Source: Paraspadella gotoi
Lineage: Eukaryota; Animalia; Chaetognatha
Direction: 5' to 3'
Length of the DNA stretch: 7,450 nucleotides
Assembly: GCA_051294375.1 (NCBI GenBank)
Contig: JBJCIZ010000627.1
Coordinates: forward strand, 1 to 7,450
The position numbers and the translations under genes were made by a program. The notes below the pieces were generated by a model. It had not been told where the DNA came from, did no database searches, and was given only the letters and a program-made list of their open reading frames with translations. Of the stretch, positions 7,018-7,450 are shown piece after piece (within the stretch, counting starts at the first letter, position 1; each line of letters starts with the position of its first letter).

Positions 7018-7426
7018 ATGTTTATAAACTCGCGAGTCAACAAAACCTCTGATTCGTGAACCGCGGCTGGCTCGACGAAGTGCCATGGCTTTCGGTTTGG
7101 TTCTTGCGGTAACGTAAGTTATGCGCATTCAGGGCCGTATAAAGAATCCCAGAGCGAACAAAAGTCGGGGATTTAATTGTATTTCATTTAAAAACACGAT
7201 TGCGCCACGATTGCTCCACCGGGAAACAAATGACAACGCACAAATTGATCTCTTGGTCAATTTAAAAGAAATAGTTAAGGACGGCGATACGTGGAAAATA
7301 AAGCCCGAAAAACCAGTTAATTGGATTGTTAAATTAAACAAGCAAGCTTGGTAAAATTTAAAGAAAAAAAGATACCCTGTCTTCGCCAAGACAAGAGTCT
7401 ATCTGACTGGGTAACCATACCCATGT
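7018..7426 (+). pseudogene. Possible decayed coding sequence of unknown product
   Basis: Moderate GC. The 77-aa ORF 7121-7354 reads protein-like (AQIDLLVNLKEIVKDGDTWKIKPEKPVNWIVKLNKQAW) and the frame continues past single stops on both sides. No family recognised. Confidence 0.25.
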
Positions 7427-7450
7427 ATTTAGTATAGTCTAGGAGAACGA

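Noticed and set aside
1-7450. CRISPR array or prokaryotic operon
   Set aside because: No regularly spaced short repeats with unique spacers, very low coding density, and a eukaryotic repeat landscape.

Overview
AT-rich eukaryotic draft-assembly DNA (arthropod-like, by inference) with two N-gaps and no confidently identifiable protein-coding gene; it is mostly nested repeats. The main find is a minus-strand ~150-nt unit in which a 72-nt tRNA-like head (692-621) runs directly into a type-P5 twister-ribozyme-like fold (618-543). Its P3, P4, P5, L4 and T1 pseudoknot match the consensus, but P1 is reduced to a 4-nt palindrome (GCGC). About 470 bp away is a TSD-flanked palindromic insertion carrying a truncated Penelope-type minimal hammerhead core. 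Both modules recur in a near-identical copy (1-1544 = 4671-6254). The second copy lies inside a candidate 2.14-kb non-autonomous TIR element (4400-6540; 18-bp TIRs, TA flanks) that appears to split a GC-richer, coding-like host sequence. Also present: a diverged long inverted repeat (1593-3108), a hAT-like terminus, a 214-bp tandem duplication and an 18-bp minisatellite. All structures were folded and aligned by eye.
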